Sequence record: NC_062582.1
DNA length: 64,000 nt
Reading direction: 5' to 3' (one strand)
Below are positions 29,489 to 39,926 of this stretch, in pieces. A program made the position numbers and the translations under genes. The notes under the pieces were generated by a model, which had not been told where the DNA came from, did no database searches, and saw only the letters and a program-made list of their open reading frames with translations. How positions within the stretch are numbered: the stretch's first letter is position 1; every line of letters starts with the position of its first letter.

Positions 29489-29843
29489 AATTTGGGTTAG
29501 TCAATACAAGGCACTAATGGATCTCCATTTACTAAATGGTGGTCACATGGACAATATGGAACATCTGTTTGGTAGTGAGTTCGGTGTCAAATGGGAACGT
29601 CTAGACTATGGACGAGGCTCTCAAAAAGAACTGATGCTCTATACCTTCCATAATCCACAGACCCTCGACTGCATTCAGTTTAAAGTATCTACCAGTGATG
29701 ATGGGTACGTTTATGAATTGTTGAAGGTCGTAGAACGTGGGATCGTATTGTGTCATGGCAAAGAAGATCAGTCGATTAATTGTCTCCTTAAAAATATGCT
29801 CTGGCCTACTATCCTTGCTTTTGACACCATCTGGTTTGATTGA
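29472..29843 (+). CDS. hypothetical protein
   Basis: overlapping ORF. Confidence 0.7.
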   Translation: MHYRSEIWVSQYKALMDLHLLNGGHMDNMEHLFGSEFGVKWERLDYGRGSQKELMLYTFHNPQTLDCIQFKVSTSDDGYVYELLKVVERGIVLCHGKEDQSINCLLKNMLWPTILAFDTIWFD

Positions 29844-29851
29844 GGTTTGAT

Positions 29852-30133
29852 ATGCACCGTAAAGAAAAATTGAACGAACTTGTTAAACAATGGTTAGAGC
29901 TGGGTGAAACAGAGACTTGTTCTCGGGCTGACAGTTTTACACGTATCAGTATTCTTCGTAAAAATAATCCAAATGAACTCCATTTCCGGAATTCACGCTT
30001 AGGTACAACCCGTTTAATCATTGGTGTCGTTAATGGTGAATTGGGTTATACTTCAGGCTATGAAGAATCACGTGAACATGTAATTATCGGTGAAGCCATT
30101 TGGGCTTTGGAATATGCATTGGAGAACTATTAA
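29852..30133 (+). CDS. hypothetical protein
   Basis: GAGGT SD. Confidence 0.7.
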   Translation: MHRKEKLNELVKQWLELGETETCSRADSFTRISILRKNNPNELHFRNSRLGTTRLIIGVVNGELGYTSGYEESREHVIIGEAIWALEYALENY

Positions 30134-30399
30134 TGTCAACTCTTTTAGCGAGTGCTTCACTAACTATTTTCATGGGTGTTTCCAGCACTTTCGGTGGCAT
30201 TACCTCGGCAAGTTATTCGATGACACATTGGCCATCAATGGAAACTTGCATTCAAGCAGTTAATAAAGAAGTAGATACCGTAGCATCGCGTTTTACTATC
30301 ACTGAACTAGAGCGCCTCAAAGAAGGCGAATACGGCAAGTCGGTTAAATACGGTAATACTCTTATAACTTATCATTGCCGCCCACTGGAGAATAAATAA
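30133..30399 (+). CDS. putative exported two-Cys protein (family B)
   Basis: hydrophobic N-term, W.SM.TC..C-R-P. Confidence 0.75.
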   Translation: MSTLLASASLTIFMGVSSTFGGITSASYSMTHWPSMETCIQAVNKEVDTVASRFTITELERLKEGEYGKSVKYGNTLITYHCRPLENK

Positions 30400-30662
30400 T
30401 GTCAACTGTACTAGCGGCAGCTGTATTGACCATTACTACCATCACCGGTAATATCTTCGGTATTAACAGTGTTTCGGTACAACCTACCTTCTTCCCTACC
30501 TTTAAAAGTTGTGTTGAATACGTCAATACACAGAAGATCAAAGAGACTGATAAAACAGAAACCACCATTACGGATACGCCTGAAAAATACGCATATCACG
30601 TATTAGTGAAGGCCACGTTTAGTGTTACCAGTATTGAACTGGAATGTAGACCACAGGGATAA
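30399..30662 (+). CDS. putative exported two-Cys protein (family B)
   Basis: F.TF.SC..ECRP. Confidence 0.75.
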   Translation: MSTVLAAAVLTITTITGNIFGINSVSVQPTFFPTFKSCVEYVNTQKIKETDKTETTITDTPEKYAYHVLVKATFSVTSIELECRPQG

Positions 30663-30665
30663 GTC

Positions 30666-30821
30666 ATGACCATCGAAGACGAAATAAAAGACGTCATCGA
30701 TGAGTCCATAGCGCTACTTTGTTTTATGATTAATATCAAAGAGGTTGTTAAAGATGAGTGTCCTAATGTCATCGGTGTACTTGACTGTCCATCTGTTCGG
30801 TTTGATAACCAAGGAGTATGA
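30666..30821 (+). CDS. possible small ORF (51 aa) overlapping the next gene
   Basis: MTIEDEIKDVIDESI..; fills gap 30663-30753. Confidence 0.4.
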   Translation: MTIEDEIKDVIDESIALLCFMINIKEVVKDECPNVIGVLDCPSVRFDNQGV

Positions 30822-31002
30822 CTACAAGAACTACGCATCGATGAACCAGTGTGTTAATTCATTGGAAATCTACAAAGCTAAGTTCAAAGATACAGATCGC
30901 TATGACGTGACTTACGATAAGGCGAAAGCATATCTGAAGATTAGTAACAAGTCTGATAAAACCATTCAAATCCATTACTGCGGAGAATCCAAAAATGTCT
31001 AA
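30754..31002 (+). CDS. putative exported two-Cys protein (family B)
   Basis: GAGGT SD; Y.SM.QC..HYC. Confidence 0.7.
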   Translation: MSVLMSSVYLTVHLFGLITKEYDYKNYASMNQCVNSLEIYKAKFKDTDRYDVTYDKAKAYLKISNKSDKTIQIHYCGESKNV

Positions 31003-31627
31003 ACGTAATATTGCAATTGCCCTGTTCAACCCGAACTGCGTTATTAATTCTTCGTGGCCTCGTTTCACCGGGTTTAAGAATGTGGGTAATCCGGTAATTG
31101 AATCGGGTCTATTTGGATTGGTTGATAAAGGTACGCGTATGCATGCCTTTTTTAAAGACACCACTTTCCAAGATGTTGTGACCAATGAACTGCGATTTCT
31201 TACACGTGGTATTGATGTTACCGGTACGCCACTATCAACACAATTCAATCCGGATAACACCGGTACAGTACTGATGGTGAAACCACCAGAACCTGATACC
31301 AGCTTTAAATGGTTGAAGCCTTACACCTATGTACAAGAAGACGGTGTAGAGTGGGATGTGTATGTGTTGATCACTGGTAAGGACCTTTTTGTTAAGGGTA
31401 CATTTAACCGTGTATTCAAAACATACGGTTATTGGGATATGGATATCTGGCGTCCATCGGACGAAGATGTTAAATCAGATATCTTCCGTATCGAACAATG
31501 TACTATTAACCATGTTGTGTCATTGGGTCATCCCGCTATGACATCACTGACAATATTTAAAGATAGTCCGGATTATGACAAATATCGTGAAGTAGATGTA
31601 ACACGCGATATCCCTGACTACGCCTAA
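30995..31627 (+). CDS. hypothetical protein (gp41-like position)
   Basis: synteny. Confidence 0.75.
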   Translation: MSKRNIAIALFNPNCVINSSWPRFTGFKNVGNPVIESGLFGLVDKGTRMHAFFKDTTFQDVVTNELRFLTRGIDVTGTPLSTQFNPDNTGTVLMVKPPEPDTSFKWLKPYTYVQEDGVEWDVYVLITGKDLFVKGTFNRVFKTYGYWDMDIWRPSDEDVKSDIFRIEQCTINHVVSLGHPAMTSLTIFKDSPDYDKYREVDVTRDIPDYA

Positions 31628-31665
31628 CGGCATAAAGCCCCTACCTTCGGGTAGGGGTTTATACC
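31628..31665. terminator. bidirectional hairpin
   Basis: GCATAAA-GCCCCTACC-TTCG-GGTAGGGGT-TTATA. Confidence 0.85.
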
Positions 31666-31701
31666 TTTTATTTTTTTATACGAGTTCTTTAACCATTTTC
31701 A

Positions 31702-32520
31702 TTATTGCGATCCTGTTACAGTACGGAGATGGCGACGACGACCTTCAGGGTCATTGAAGTTACGAAGAATCTTTTGCATAGGGATCAATAGTTCATCGTA
31801 GACATCGTTTGCACTTGACCAATCTCGAACAACATCCGAGAACACACCCAGTTGTTGACCACCACTCAATTGAGCTTCACCCATCGAGATGTTAAGTTCG
31901 TTGTAGCAATGAGACTTTACTGCCTGTTCTACAAGACGAGCGAACTGTGGAAAAGATTGTGGTCTAAGGTTCAACAGTTCATTATCATTACCCAAACGAC
32001 ACGACAGGTAAGCTGTAGCCGACGGGTTAAAAATAAAGCGAACCATTACGGTGTTGTGGTTAATCAAGTTCAAATAACTGGTCTGCGCTACAGGAACACC
32101 TTTAGCCGCATCGAATACCTTACGGATATTAGAAGACATAGCTGACTCGTTATACTGCATCGCGTAACCAGCGTTCTGATAACCCAGAACACCATAGTGG
32201 ATATCGAACAATTGAACGATAGCTCGGTTTTGGGTATGGGAATCAGGGATGTAATAAATAGTGGTATATGGATCTACGTATTCTGCCCGCACCGGATAGT
32301 CCAATGGGATGAATACAGTCGAACCACCAATGATCTCAAGGTCAGGCATAATGCGCCCTTCGATGATCTCTTCTCGGATACGATGTTCCATGGAGATGTT
32401 AGCCCCACAACTATCGATACCCGATTCTTGCATTGGCTTGTTAACAAATACCTCACGAAGGATCTCTTTGGGGATTCTCCCGCGTTGGATAAAGTTAATA
32501 GCATATTGGATAGCGTTCAT
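31702..32520 (-). CDS. virion structural protein (phiKZ gp42-like)
   Basis: start re-called at MNAIQYAI; lone minus-strand core gene. Confidence 0.75.
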   Translation of the reverse strand: MNAIQYAINFIQRGRIPKEILREVFVNKPMQESGIDSCGANISMEHRIREEIIEGRIMPDLEIIGGSTVFIPLDYPVRAEYVDPYTTIYYIPDSHTQNRAIVQLFDIHYGVLGYQNAGYAMQYNESAMSSNIRKVFDAAKGVPVAQTSYLNLINHNTVMVRFIFNPSATAYLSCRLGNDNELLNLRPQSFPQFARLVEQAVKSHCYNELNISMGEAQLSGGQQLGVFSDVVRDWSSANDVYDELLIPMQKILRNFNDPEGRRRHLRTVTGSQ

Positions 32521-32610
32521 TCTAAAACGTCCTCTGAGCGCGTTACAGGAGGTCTCACGGTGACTTAATACTGGGGTACCGTATTCTATACTAATAGAAG
32601 AGAGACAGGT

Positions 32611-32646
32611 CAATAGATTTTTTTCGAGATCTATATCATCAGTCTG
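32611..32646 (+). promoter_or_regulatory. early promoter variant (TATATCAT)
   Basis: CAATAGATTTTTTTCGAGATCTATATCATCAGTCTG, near copy of the 22878 site. Confidence 0.65.
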
Positions 32647-32669
32647 TATCAATTAACGGGGAATCTGTA

Positions 32670-33116
32670 ATGGATTTGAAACCAGAAGAAACTGCTGCCC
32701 ACATGATAGATCGCTTTGATCTACAGGTATGGGACATAACACATGCATTGGAGAAATTGGACTCGCTGCCATTGCGTTCCTTTGCGATGCAAAGGTATAT
32801 TGAGATGAAAGGTCTCAATCCAGACCACGCTCGTATATATACTGAAGTAGATGGGATGGGGCAAGAACTCCGTGTAGTTCGTGAGCAGGTGTTAGATGAC
32901 TTTATTGTGTTCACTATCAACACCTTCGAGTTCTGTTTTATTACACGACCTGAACTTACGCGACTGACTGAAAAGGAAAGACGGTTCTTCTTGGACTGCC
33001 ATGATGCCAGATCTCTCATCTATCGTACAATCAAACTAAATCCCGAATTAGCTGGACGTTTCATTCGTTACCAACGGATAGGCAAAAGCATTTATCTGAT
33101 TACACCAAAGCCTTAA
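32670..33116 (+). CDS. hypothetical protein
   Basis: ORF after promoter. Confidence 0.75.
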   Translation: MDLKPEETAAHMIDRFDLQVWDITHALEKLDSLPLRSFAMQRYIEMKGLNPDHARIYTEVDGMGQELRVVREQVLDDFIVFTINTFEFCFITRPELTRLTEKERRFFLDCHDARSLIYRTIKLNPELAGRFIRYQRIGKSIYLITPKP

Positions 33117-33127
33117 TAGGAGACACC

Positions 33128-34255
33128 ATGTCCGCCAAGAGTAGACGTTTTGCGGTACTAGAAGTAAATGGTATTGCACAGAACTTGATTAACCTGATTC
33201 AATTCACAGTAGATAATAACCCACCGTGTGGTTTGCGCAAACTGAATAAGTTGTCGGCTATGGAAGTCATTTACAAAATGGCGATCTCGGCGGTTAACTG
33301 GCGCTTGGCGCATAACCCATACGGCGATTATGAAGAAGGGATCATTGAAACACTTTTCGGACCACGACCAAAAGGACCATCCGCAGAAGACAAAGCGTTG
33401 TATCGTCAGATCTCGCTGAATCCTTTGTGGTGTGGTATCACTGGTGACATCGAACGTCAAGTATCAGAACACATTGAAGTTGATACATATAAGGATTGGA
33501 AAGTAATTCGGGTTGGTTCTCTGATTGGTTTGGCAGAAGGTCAAGACTATCGTATCACTGAGTACTATCGTCTCCACCCAGATCAAACTGAAAACGATAC
33601 AGCGGTAATTACATTGGATGCTTCTAACCCAGTGAACTATCTACTCGGGCAATTCACAAAAGAGTTTGGTCCGCGCCTACAGCAATTGGCTAGCACTGAC
33701 TTCTATATCGGTGACCATATTGCTTTGAACAATGACATGATCTTCCATCAAGATCTAAATACCCAAATGAAGCTTCAAAATATTCGCTCACATAACCGCT
33801 CTATGATTGTTAATAACCCAGCGGATGCAAAGCGTGCTTTGATGGAAGTCTACAACAATACTTCCGGTTACATTGCAGCAATGTTCATCGATGCTTTGAT
33901 CAGCATGTATCCAATGGTTGAACTAGCTTACAACGCACCTCGCTTCAATACATGTGCTTTGAGTAAACTAGGTGTGTGGAACATGGATCGATTCCGTACA
34001 GATTACTTGCAACGTGTGATCAGTGCATTCGGTCTGTCTTACTTCACTACGTATCTCAAGAAAGATAAGAAATATGTATTGGAATACAGTAGCAATAACA
34101 TCCTTGCTATTTACGAGAAGGCCGTTGAGAAACCGTCGGAACATAATGAAGTAGAGTTGGTACAGAGCTTCATTAATGGTGATCGACTGAGTCCAGAAGA
34201 TACTCGACGTGCCCAAGAACTTTATGAAGAGTACTCTCGTCGTGGGGTGATCTAA
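33128..34255 (+). CDS. hypothetical protein (375 aa)
   Basis: AGGAG SD. Confidence 0.85.
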   Translation: MSAKSRRFAVLEVNGIAQNLINLIQFTVDNNPPCGLRKLNKLSAMEVIYKMAISAVNWRLAHNPYGDYEEGIIETLFGPRPKGPSAEDKALYRQISLNPLWCGITGDIERQVSEHIEVDTYKDWKVIRVGSLIGLAEGQDYRITEYYRLHPDQTENDTAVITLDASNPVNYLLGQFTKEFGPRLQQLASTDFYIGDHIALNNDMIFHQDLNTQMKLQNIRSHNRSMIVNNPADAKRALMEVYNNTSGYIAAMFIDALISMYPMVELAYNAPRFNTCALSKLGVWNMDRFRTDYLQRVISAFGLSYFTTYLKKDKKYVLEYSSNNILAIYEKAVEKPSEHNEVELVQSFINGDRLSPEDTRRAQELYEEYSRRGVI

Positions 34256-34770
34256 TGAAATGTATTATGGTACGATTGGATGCATATGCATTTCTTGATG
34301 TGAGTCATGATTGGTATGCGATGGCCACAGCAATCTTTACACGTACTGCGATCATTGACATGCTTGGTAAGATGCTGTGTCAAAAACTAAGTCCTGATGA
34401 AAAGCCGGAAGAAGCGTTTGCAGAGTACATCTTTCAGCAGGTTGGGTACGAGGTAGATCGCAGAAACGAAGGTAAAGATGAGTTCAATATCGATGAGTAC
34501 TGGACAACCGATGAAGTAGAACATGTCGTTGACTATCTTATCAGTTGTTATAAACTTAACCGACCTTACGTACCGGACGGAGGATATCTGAAATTCATGG
34601 CTTGTGTATGGCATGAAGATAATCAGTTATCTGGAGCTTCGATTTGTTTGGTCGCAGAGCATGTAGATGATGACAGCGAGCCTTGTAAGATTGAGTCCGA
34701 CGATACTGTTCGGGAACCTGACGACGGAAGTGGAAGTAATCGCCGATATCTGTCAGCTGTCTTTAAGTGA
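34255..34770 (+). CDS. hypothetical protein
   Basis: TAATG coupling. Confidence 0.75.
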   Translation: MKCIMVRLDAYAFLDVSHDWYAMATAIFTRTAIIDMLGKMLCQKLSPDEKPEEAFAEYIFQQVGYEVDRRNEGKDEFNIDEYWTTDEVEHVVDYLISCYKLNRPYVPDGGYLKFMACVWHEDNQLSGASICLVAEHVDDDSEPCKIESDDTVREPDDGSGSNRRYLSAVFK

Positions 34771-35023
34771 CCTGACTGACTTTGCTATCGCCTATGTTGA
34801 ATATGAAGACGTAGGCGGTAACTTCATGAATGATGACGACCTTGTTCAAGACTACTTCGGTGGTAAGAACGTAGGTTATAGAGTGATCGAGATTATACGT
34901 GCACAGCGTTGTGAGATCATGGCTTACATGCCTGACAACGTTGTCGAAATGAAATATGCATGTACCCGTGGGGATGGAGTTTTTGTTTATGCAAGAACAG
35001 CAAACGATGTTAATGTTGGATAA
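34667..35023 (+). CDS. hypothetical protein (start uncertain)
   Basis: fills gap; overlaps upstream ORF. Confidence 0.6.
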   Translation: MMTASLVRLSPTILFGNLTTEVEVIADICQLSLSDLTDFAIAYVEYEDVGGNFMNDDDLVQDYFGGKNVGYRVIEIIRAQRCEIMAYMPDNVVEMKYACTRGDGVFVYARTANDVNVG

Positions 35024-35450
35024 AGCAACGTATTGCCCGAACTACGATGAACTCGAAAAACTCTACCAACAGATCTTCAAGACCCCTAAGTATAGCGGTT
35101 ATGGAATCGGTGGTGTTTATGACGATATCGTGACCTGGGCAATCAATGTTTGTGAGGAAATGCAAATATGTCCAGATCGCGTATCACAAGTAGAAATCCC
35201 TAATCTGATAAGTGCGGGAAAAAGAGCGGATCGGTATCAGGAACTATTCCTCGAAGCCGCTATCCGTTTATGTAAAGTAATTCCCGCTGGTACCCACACG
35301 ATCTATCCGATCCTCTGTAAGGGTACCAATATCTCTTTATGCGTTTTTTACTATGGTGAGTGTTGGCATCGTCATGAATATCTTAATTGTATTAGACTCG
35401 AACAATTTCGTAAAGCACTTAATAGAAGGAGAAAACCCAAAGCTAGTTAG
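35013..35450 (+). CDS. hypothetical protein
   Basis: ORF in operon. Confidence 0.7.
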   Translation: MLDKATYCPNYDELEKLYQQIFKTPKYSGYGIGGVYDDIVTWAINVCEEMQICPDRVSQVEIPNLISAGKRADRYQELFLEAAIRLCKVIPAGTHTIYPILCKGTNISLCVFYYGECWHRHEYLNCIRLEQFRKALNRRRKPKAS

Positions 35451-35784
35451 TCTTGTCTTGGCTCACTACGCTGACTGTATCACTAAGTTCTCCAAGATGC
35501 GACGTAATACAAATTGGATGGCTTATATAGAAGCTTATAAATCCGAACAGCTCTTAGAGTTGATTATGGACGAAGGGCTTGGGTTACCGTGTGTTGATGA
35601 GGAAGGAAACATCATTAACCTACAGCAACGCTTCTGGGAACTTCTGGATGTATGTATCCATACTTTCTCTATGGATCTGTTATCACAACTGGCAGAACTC
35701 CGTAGAACCGGGAAGAAAATAGTTACTGTAGATGTTGTAGGTTATGATAAGTTCACCCTCAAATTAATGGTCAAGACTAAATAG
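35374..35784 (+). CDS. hypothetical protein
   Basis: ORF in operon. Confidence 0.7.
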   Translation: MNILIVLDSNNFVKHLIEGENPKLVSLVLAHYADCITKFSKMRRNTNWMAYIEAYKSEQLLELIMDEGLGLPCVDEEGNIINLQQRFWELLDVCIHTFSMDLLSQLAELRRTGKKIVTVDVVGYDKFTLKLMVKTK

Positions 35785-35796
35785 GTAAAATCAAAA

Positions 35797-36660
35797 ATGA
35801 GTGATTCCCGTAAAGTTGGTATCATGGTCGATAGTAAAAATATCGAATCTAATATAACCCACATGTCGGATGCAATTCGGAACGCTAACTTTAAAGTACT
35901 TGAAGCCCAAGGCGTCAAAGAAAATGATGATGGTGAATATCTGGATGCAGAAGGCGAAAACCTACTGATGGAAGAAGGGGTTGTAAAAGCCCTACTGCAA
36001 GATGCAATCGATAGTTATCTTGTGGCTTCCTTACCGGGTCGTGATAAAGGTGATCCGAATGAATTCAGTTATTACCTTTGGGATAGTTTCCCTAACGTAG
36101 CTGAGTACATTCAAGCTGAACCACGTATCAGTAGTTATGTAAGTTCGCTGTTCGCCAATACATGTGGGATGTTGATTAACTCTTTGGCACCAGCTTTGCA
36201 GGATATCGCTGCTCATGGTCAATCCTTGAGTGAGATCGAAACCTTCCATCAAGGTCCTTCTACTAGTTACTATCTTTTGGTAGGCGAGGAAGCTGATCAG
36301 GTTCTGGATGATGATCCAGATCACATCTTGTTACGGATGTCTCCAGAACAACGACGTGAACAGACTAAGATCAACTTGATCAAAGAACTGGGTGTTGAGG
36401 GTTACGATAATTATATTCGTAAACAACAACAGCTCCGTGACCAAGAGAACCTGCCTCCTGAAGTAATAGCTAGCCTCAATGATTATGACCAACAATTAAA
36501 ACAGGCTATTGGACAAGGCCAACCATTCCATCCGCATATCTCACATCCACCCTATTTAAATGTAGATACCAGTGTTGTAGATAATGTCATTAAACCTAGC
36601 CCACTAACCATCACCAAAAAAGACGTAGGGATTACACATGAGCCTGCTACCTTCTTCTAA
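35797..36660 (+). CDS. hypothetical acidic protein
   Basis: 287 aa ORF. Confidence 0.8.
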   Translation: MSDSRKVGIMVDSKNIESNITHMSDAIRNANFKVLEAQGVKENDDGEYLDAEGENLLMEEGVVKALLQDAIDSYLVASLPGRDKGDPNEFSYYLWDSFPNVAEYIQAEPRISSYVSSLFANTCGMLINSLAPALQDIAAHGQSLSEIETFHQGPSTSYYLLVGEEADQVLDDDPDHILLRMSPEQRREQTKINLIKELGVEGYDNYIRKQQQLRDQENLPPEVIASLNDYDQQLKQAIGQGQPFHPHISHPPYLNVDTSVVDNVIKPSPLTITKKDVGITHEPATFF

Positions 36661-37063
36661 CGAAGCCTATAAGTTCATAGTAGCCCCCACGATCAATGGT
36701 GGGTTATTTGCGGAAGAGTTTAGGATGCGGTTTTATAATGACAGACAATGTCAAGATGAACCAGATCCTGAATTGAGTTTGATTCTTAGCAGGCATGAAC
36801 AAAAAGACATGGGTGTTGCTAAACAACGTGTCTTGCATTATTTTCAAAGAACCGTGATGAGTGCTTACGGGGAACATGTTCTAGAGACAGCTGGGCCTAG
36901 TGATGAGTTGTTACACGATGATGATCCAGATGTTGTAAGCATGTACAAGATCTATAAAGAGTTTCGAGTAAACAACCCGAAGCTTGAGGTCTTAACGATG
37001 TTGCCGATTGATATGAATGGAACCTTTGGGTTTGTAATTTATCCCAACGATATGTATTCTTAA
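36638..37063 (+). CDS. hypothetical protein
   Basis: GGGA SD; overlap. Confidence 0.75.
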   Translation: MSLLPSSNEAYKFIVAPTINGGLFAEEFRMRFYNDRQCQDEPDPELSLILSRHEQKDMGVAKQRVLHYFQRTVMSAYGEHVLETAGPSDELLHDDDPDVVSMYKIYKEFRVNNPKLEVLTMLPIDMNGTFGFVIYPNDMYS

Positions 37064-37078
37064 CATATCGGTAATACC

Positions 37079-37486
37079 ATGGCCAACATTCAAGATGTTT
37101 CGATCGGTGCTAAAATCTCGTTCGAGCTTTATCCCGCTGCACAATTTGGCAATAACTTTCAGAACGTAACCTTGACCGCAATATTCAACTCGACTATTGC
37201 TAATGCCCTCGGTCTTGATGTTATTGCCAACAACCAACAAGTCTATCAGTCTCTTCCTGCTGGTACACCTAATGACCCAACCCAATACGATTACTTCCAA
37301 GTAAAATTCAGTAGTGGTGAAACGGTTATCCTTGGTGCCCCATGGGTACGTGCTGGTACACTGATTGTCCATAACGGTAAGCGTCTGACTCTGGTATTTG
37401 AGGACATTGATGAAACCCGTAAGGATCGTATCGTTGCTGCATGCCTTGCGCAAAACGAACGACCTAGTTCCACTACATTTGTTTAA
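37079..37486 (+). CDS. conserved core protein (phiKZ gp49-like position)
   Basis: directly upstream of DNA pol; G.PW motif. Confidence 0.7.
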   Translation: MANIQDVSIGAKISFELYPAAQFGNNFQNVTLTAIFNSTIANALGLDVIANNQQVYQSLPAGTPNDPTQYDYFQVKFSSGETVILGAPWVRAGTLIVHNGKRLTLVFEDIDETRKDRIVAACLAQNERPSSTTFV

Positions 37487-37488
37487 TC

Positions 37489-37518
37489 ATACTGCCTTCC
37501 TACGGGAAGGCTTTATGC
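37489..37518 (+). terminator. hairpin
   Basis: CATA..GCCTTCC-TACG-GGAAGGC-TTTATG. Confidence 0.7.
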
Positions 37519-37575
37519 TGTCTTTATCTACTGGGGAGTATCCTTTATGTGATCAATGCATACGAGGAGAATTCC

Positions 37576-39726
37576 ATGCAACAGTTTGAATCCCATAACC
37601 CGTTTATCCGTTCCGTGGATACATATAGCCGTAACCTTGAGATCGTTGAACCGGCTATTCGGGACAGTGCTCTTTATCTCTCCTCTATGACCGGGGACTC
37701 GCTGGAACAGTGTTTGGCTTTTGTTAAAGAGTCATTTGCTAAAGAAGGTGCACATCCTCTAGACGATCCTAAGTCTTTGATCCTAGATAAGAACATGAAT
37801 GGCGATCGTACTAAAAAGGTTGTTACATTTAATCAGTTCCTGGGACGCGTTAAGAAGCAAAACCTTCTGCTTTCGCCATCGATGACAGTATACCTTCCAG
37901 AAGAAGTGCGTCAGTCTACACACGCAGCTTATATTGAAGAAGGCGTTATCAACCGTAAGAAAACAAAAGGTGAACAAATGCGACTGGAGGGCGAAAACAC
38001 CCCAGAAGCATTCGAACAAGCACAAGTCAAAAAGGGTGAACAAGAGAACTACAAAGGTAACAATAACTCATATTCGGGTGCAACTGTATCCGCTGCGACT
38101 ATTCTTTGCTTGAAGTCTACTCACTCATCGCTGACCTCTACTTGTCGTACCGCGACTACCTATGCTAACGCAAATAATGAGAAGTTCATTATGGGTAATC
38201 GTCATTACTACAATCCAGAGATTACCAAATCCAATATGCTGTCTATTGCTAATGCAACTGACTTAGGTTTGTTGGAACGCTGCATGACTCAGTTCAATAT
38301 GTATTATCCTTCCCCGGATGATATTATTGAAATGATGCTGTACTCCACTAAGCACTACTGGCAGAACCCTTCGTACACCGAACAGATCCGTAAAATGGTT
38401 TCAGGTATGACTCCTATTCAACGTGCGGCGATTATGTACGTTGGCGACCTGTTCCATGTTTACAAACACAACAACCAACTCGTACGTGACTTCCTTACCG
38501 AACTGTCCCAGGTTGGTCGTCCTGATCAGGTTATCCCTGAATCGGAATTCAAACAGTTTGATGGCGATATGTGTCTGCTGTCTAAGTTCATTTGCTATGA
38601 CATTGTTAAAGGTCGTAACGATGAAAAGCTTAGAGAACAAAACCCAGAAGTGTTTGATGTTATCCACGCAACTGGTCGTAACATTTCTGAAGTACTGAAT
38701 AAGTATCGCCTGTTGGTTGATGCATTGTTCATGACTATCAACGTACCAAGTTCGGTACATGCTTTCCCTTCCGCTTATCGCCGTGCCGCTGTGATCTCTG
38801 ACACAGACTCGACTATGTTTACTTTGCAGTACTGGGTTGAGGAATTCTTTGGTCGTGTAACCTTTACTCCAGAAGCTAAGCGGTTGGTGTTTAGTTTGGT
38901 GTTCTTGGTTTCTGAATGCGTTGCTCACATCTTGGCATTGCAATCCGCTAACATGGGTGTGACTAAGAAGAAGCTACGTCTGCTGGCTATGAAGAACGAA
39001 TACTACTTTGCCGTATTGAGTCTGACTACACGTTCGAAACACTACTACGCTTCTCAGGATGCTGTAGAAGGCGTGATGTTCCAGAAAGCTCGTATGGAAG
39101 TTAAAGGTGTTGGTCTACGAGACAGTAAGGTTCCTCCACGGATCAACCGTGCTGCTAAGAAACTGATGGATGAGATTATCACTTCTGTTAAAGAAGAGAA
39201 ACCTCTGATCATGCGTAGTATCTTGACACGTATTGCTAACCTGGAACGCGACATTTATACGTCGATCTATTCTGGTAAAGCAGAGTTCTTGACTACTGGT
39301 AAATGCAAACGCATCGACGCTTACAAATCGGAAGACAATGCGACTTATGCCAAGCACTTGTTCTGGGAAGAAGTAATGGCTCCTTCGTTTGGTCGTATTG
39401 AAGCACCACCTTACAGTTTTGTTAAAATTTCGGTAACCGTTGATAACCGTACTCGTTTTAATGAGTGGGTAGACGGTATCGAAGATAAGGCTTTGGGCAT
39501 GCGTCTTAAGAAATGGGCACTCGATAACAACAAGACCGGTATTACTAACTTCCACGTTCCAATGACTGTTGTTGAGAACATGGGTATTCCTGAAGTTATC
39601 ACACGTGTTGCTGACGTACGTGCTGTGATCTCTAACACCATGGGTGCATTCTATCTGATGCTGGAATCGTTAAACGTATTCCTTTCGGATAAAGATAACT
39701 CCCGTCTGATCTCGGATTTCTACTAA
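37576..39726 (+). CDS. family B DNA polymerase, polymerase subunit (phiKZ gp50-like)
   Basis: K...NSYSG, ISDTDS, KNEY and EVKGV motifs; GAGGAG SD. Confidence 0.88.
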   Translation: MQQFESHNPFIRSVDTYSRNLEIVEPAIRDSALYLSSMTGDSLEQCLAFVKESFAKEGAHPLDDPKSLILDKNMNGDRTKKVVTFNQFLGRVKKQNLLLSPSMTVYLPEEVRQSTHAAYIEEGVINRKKTKGEQMRLEGENTPEAFEQAQVKKGEQENYKGNNNSYSGATVSAATILCLKSTHSSLTSTCRTATTYANANNEKFIMGNRHYYNPEITKSNMLSIANATDLGLLERCMTQFNMYYPSPDDIIEMMLYSTKHYWQNPSYTEQIRKMVSGMTPIQRAAIMYVGDLFHVYKHNNQLVRDFLTELSQVGRPDQVIPESEFKQFDGDMCLLSKFICYDIVKGRNDEKLREQNPEVFDVIHATGRNISEVLNKYRLLVDALFMTINVPSSVHAFPSAYRRAAVISDTDSTMFTLQYWVEEFFGRVTFTPEAKRLVFSLVFLVSECVAHILALQSANMGVTKKKLRLLAMKNEYYFAVLSLTTRSKHYYASQDAVEGVMFQKARMEVKGVGLRDSKVPPRINRAAKKLMDEIITSVKEEKPLIMRSILTRIANLERDIYTSIYSGKAEFLTTGKCKRIDAYKSEDNATYAKHLFWEEVMAPSFGRIEAPPYSFVKISVTVDNRTRFNEWVDGIEDKALGMRLKKWALDNNKTGITNFHVPMTVVENMGIPEVITRVADVRAVISNTMGAFYLMLESLNVFLSDKDNSRLISDFY

Positions 39727-39926
39727 TGACAGAACTTAAAACAGCTATTGATGAAACCATTACGGGTATACAAATTAGTCTAGGGTTGGATGAAGCATAT
39801 TGGGAGCCACTTGAAGCGTCCATTCGTGTACTAAACCTTGTCCGTGATCTAGGTCCTAATTTGGTAGGACTTAGTGAGGAAGATTTTGAATCTATGCTGT
39901 TGAAAGCTATTAAGGGTACCACATGA
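39726..39926 (+). CDS. small helical hypothetical
   Basis: TAATG coupling. Confidence 0.7.
   Translation: MTELKTAIDETITGIQISLGLDEAYWEPLEASIRVLNLVRDLGPNLVGLSEEDFESMLLKAIKGTT

Noticed and set aside
32521-32652. N-terminal extension of the gp42-like ORF
   Set aside because: Overlaps a + strand early promoter; MNAIQY at 32520 is the more plausible start.
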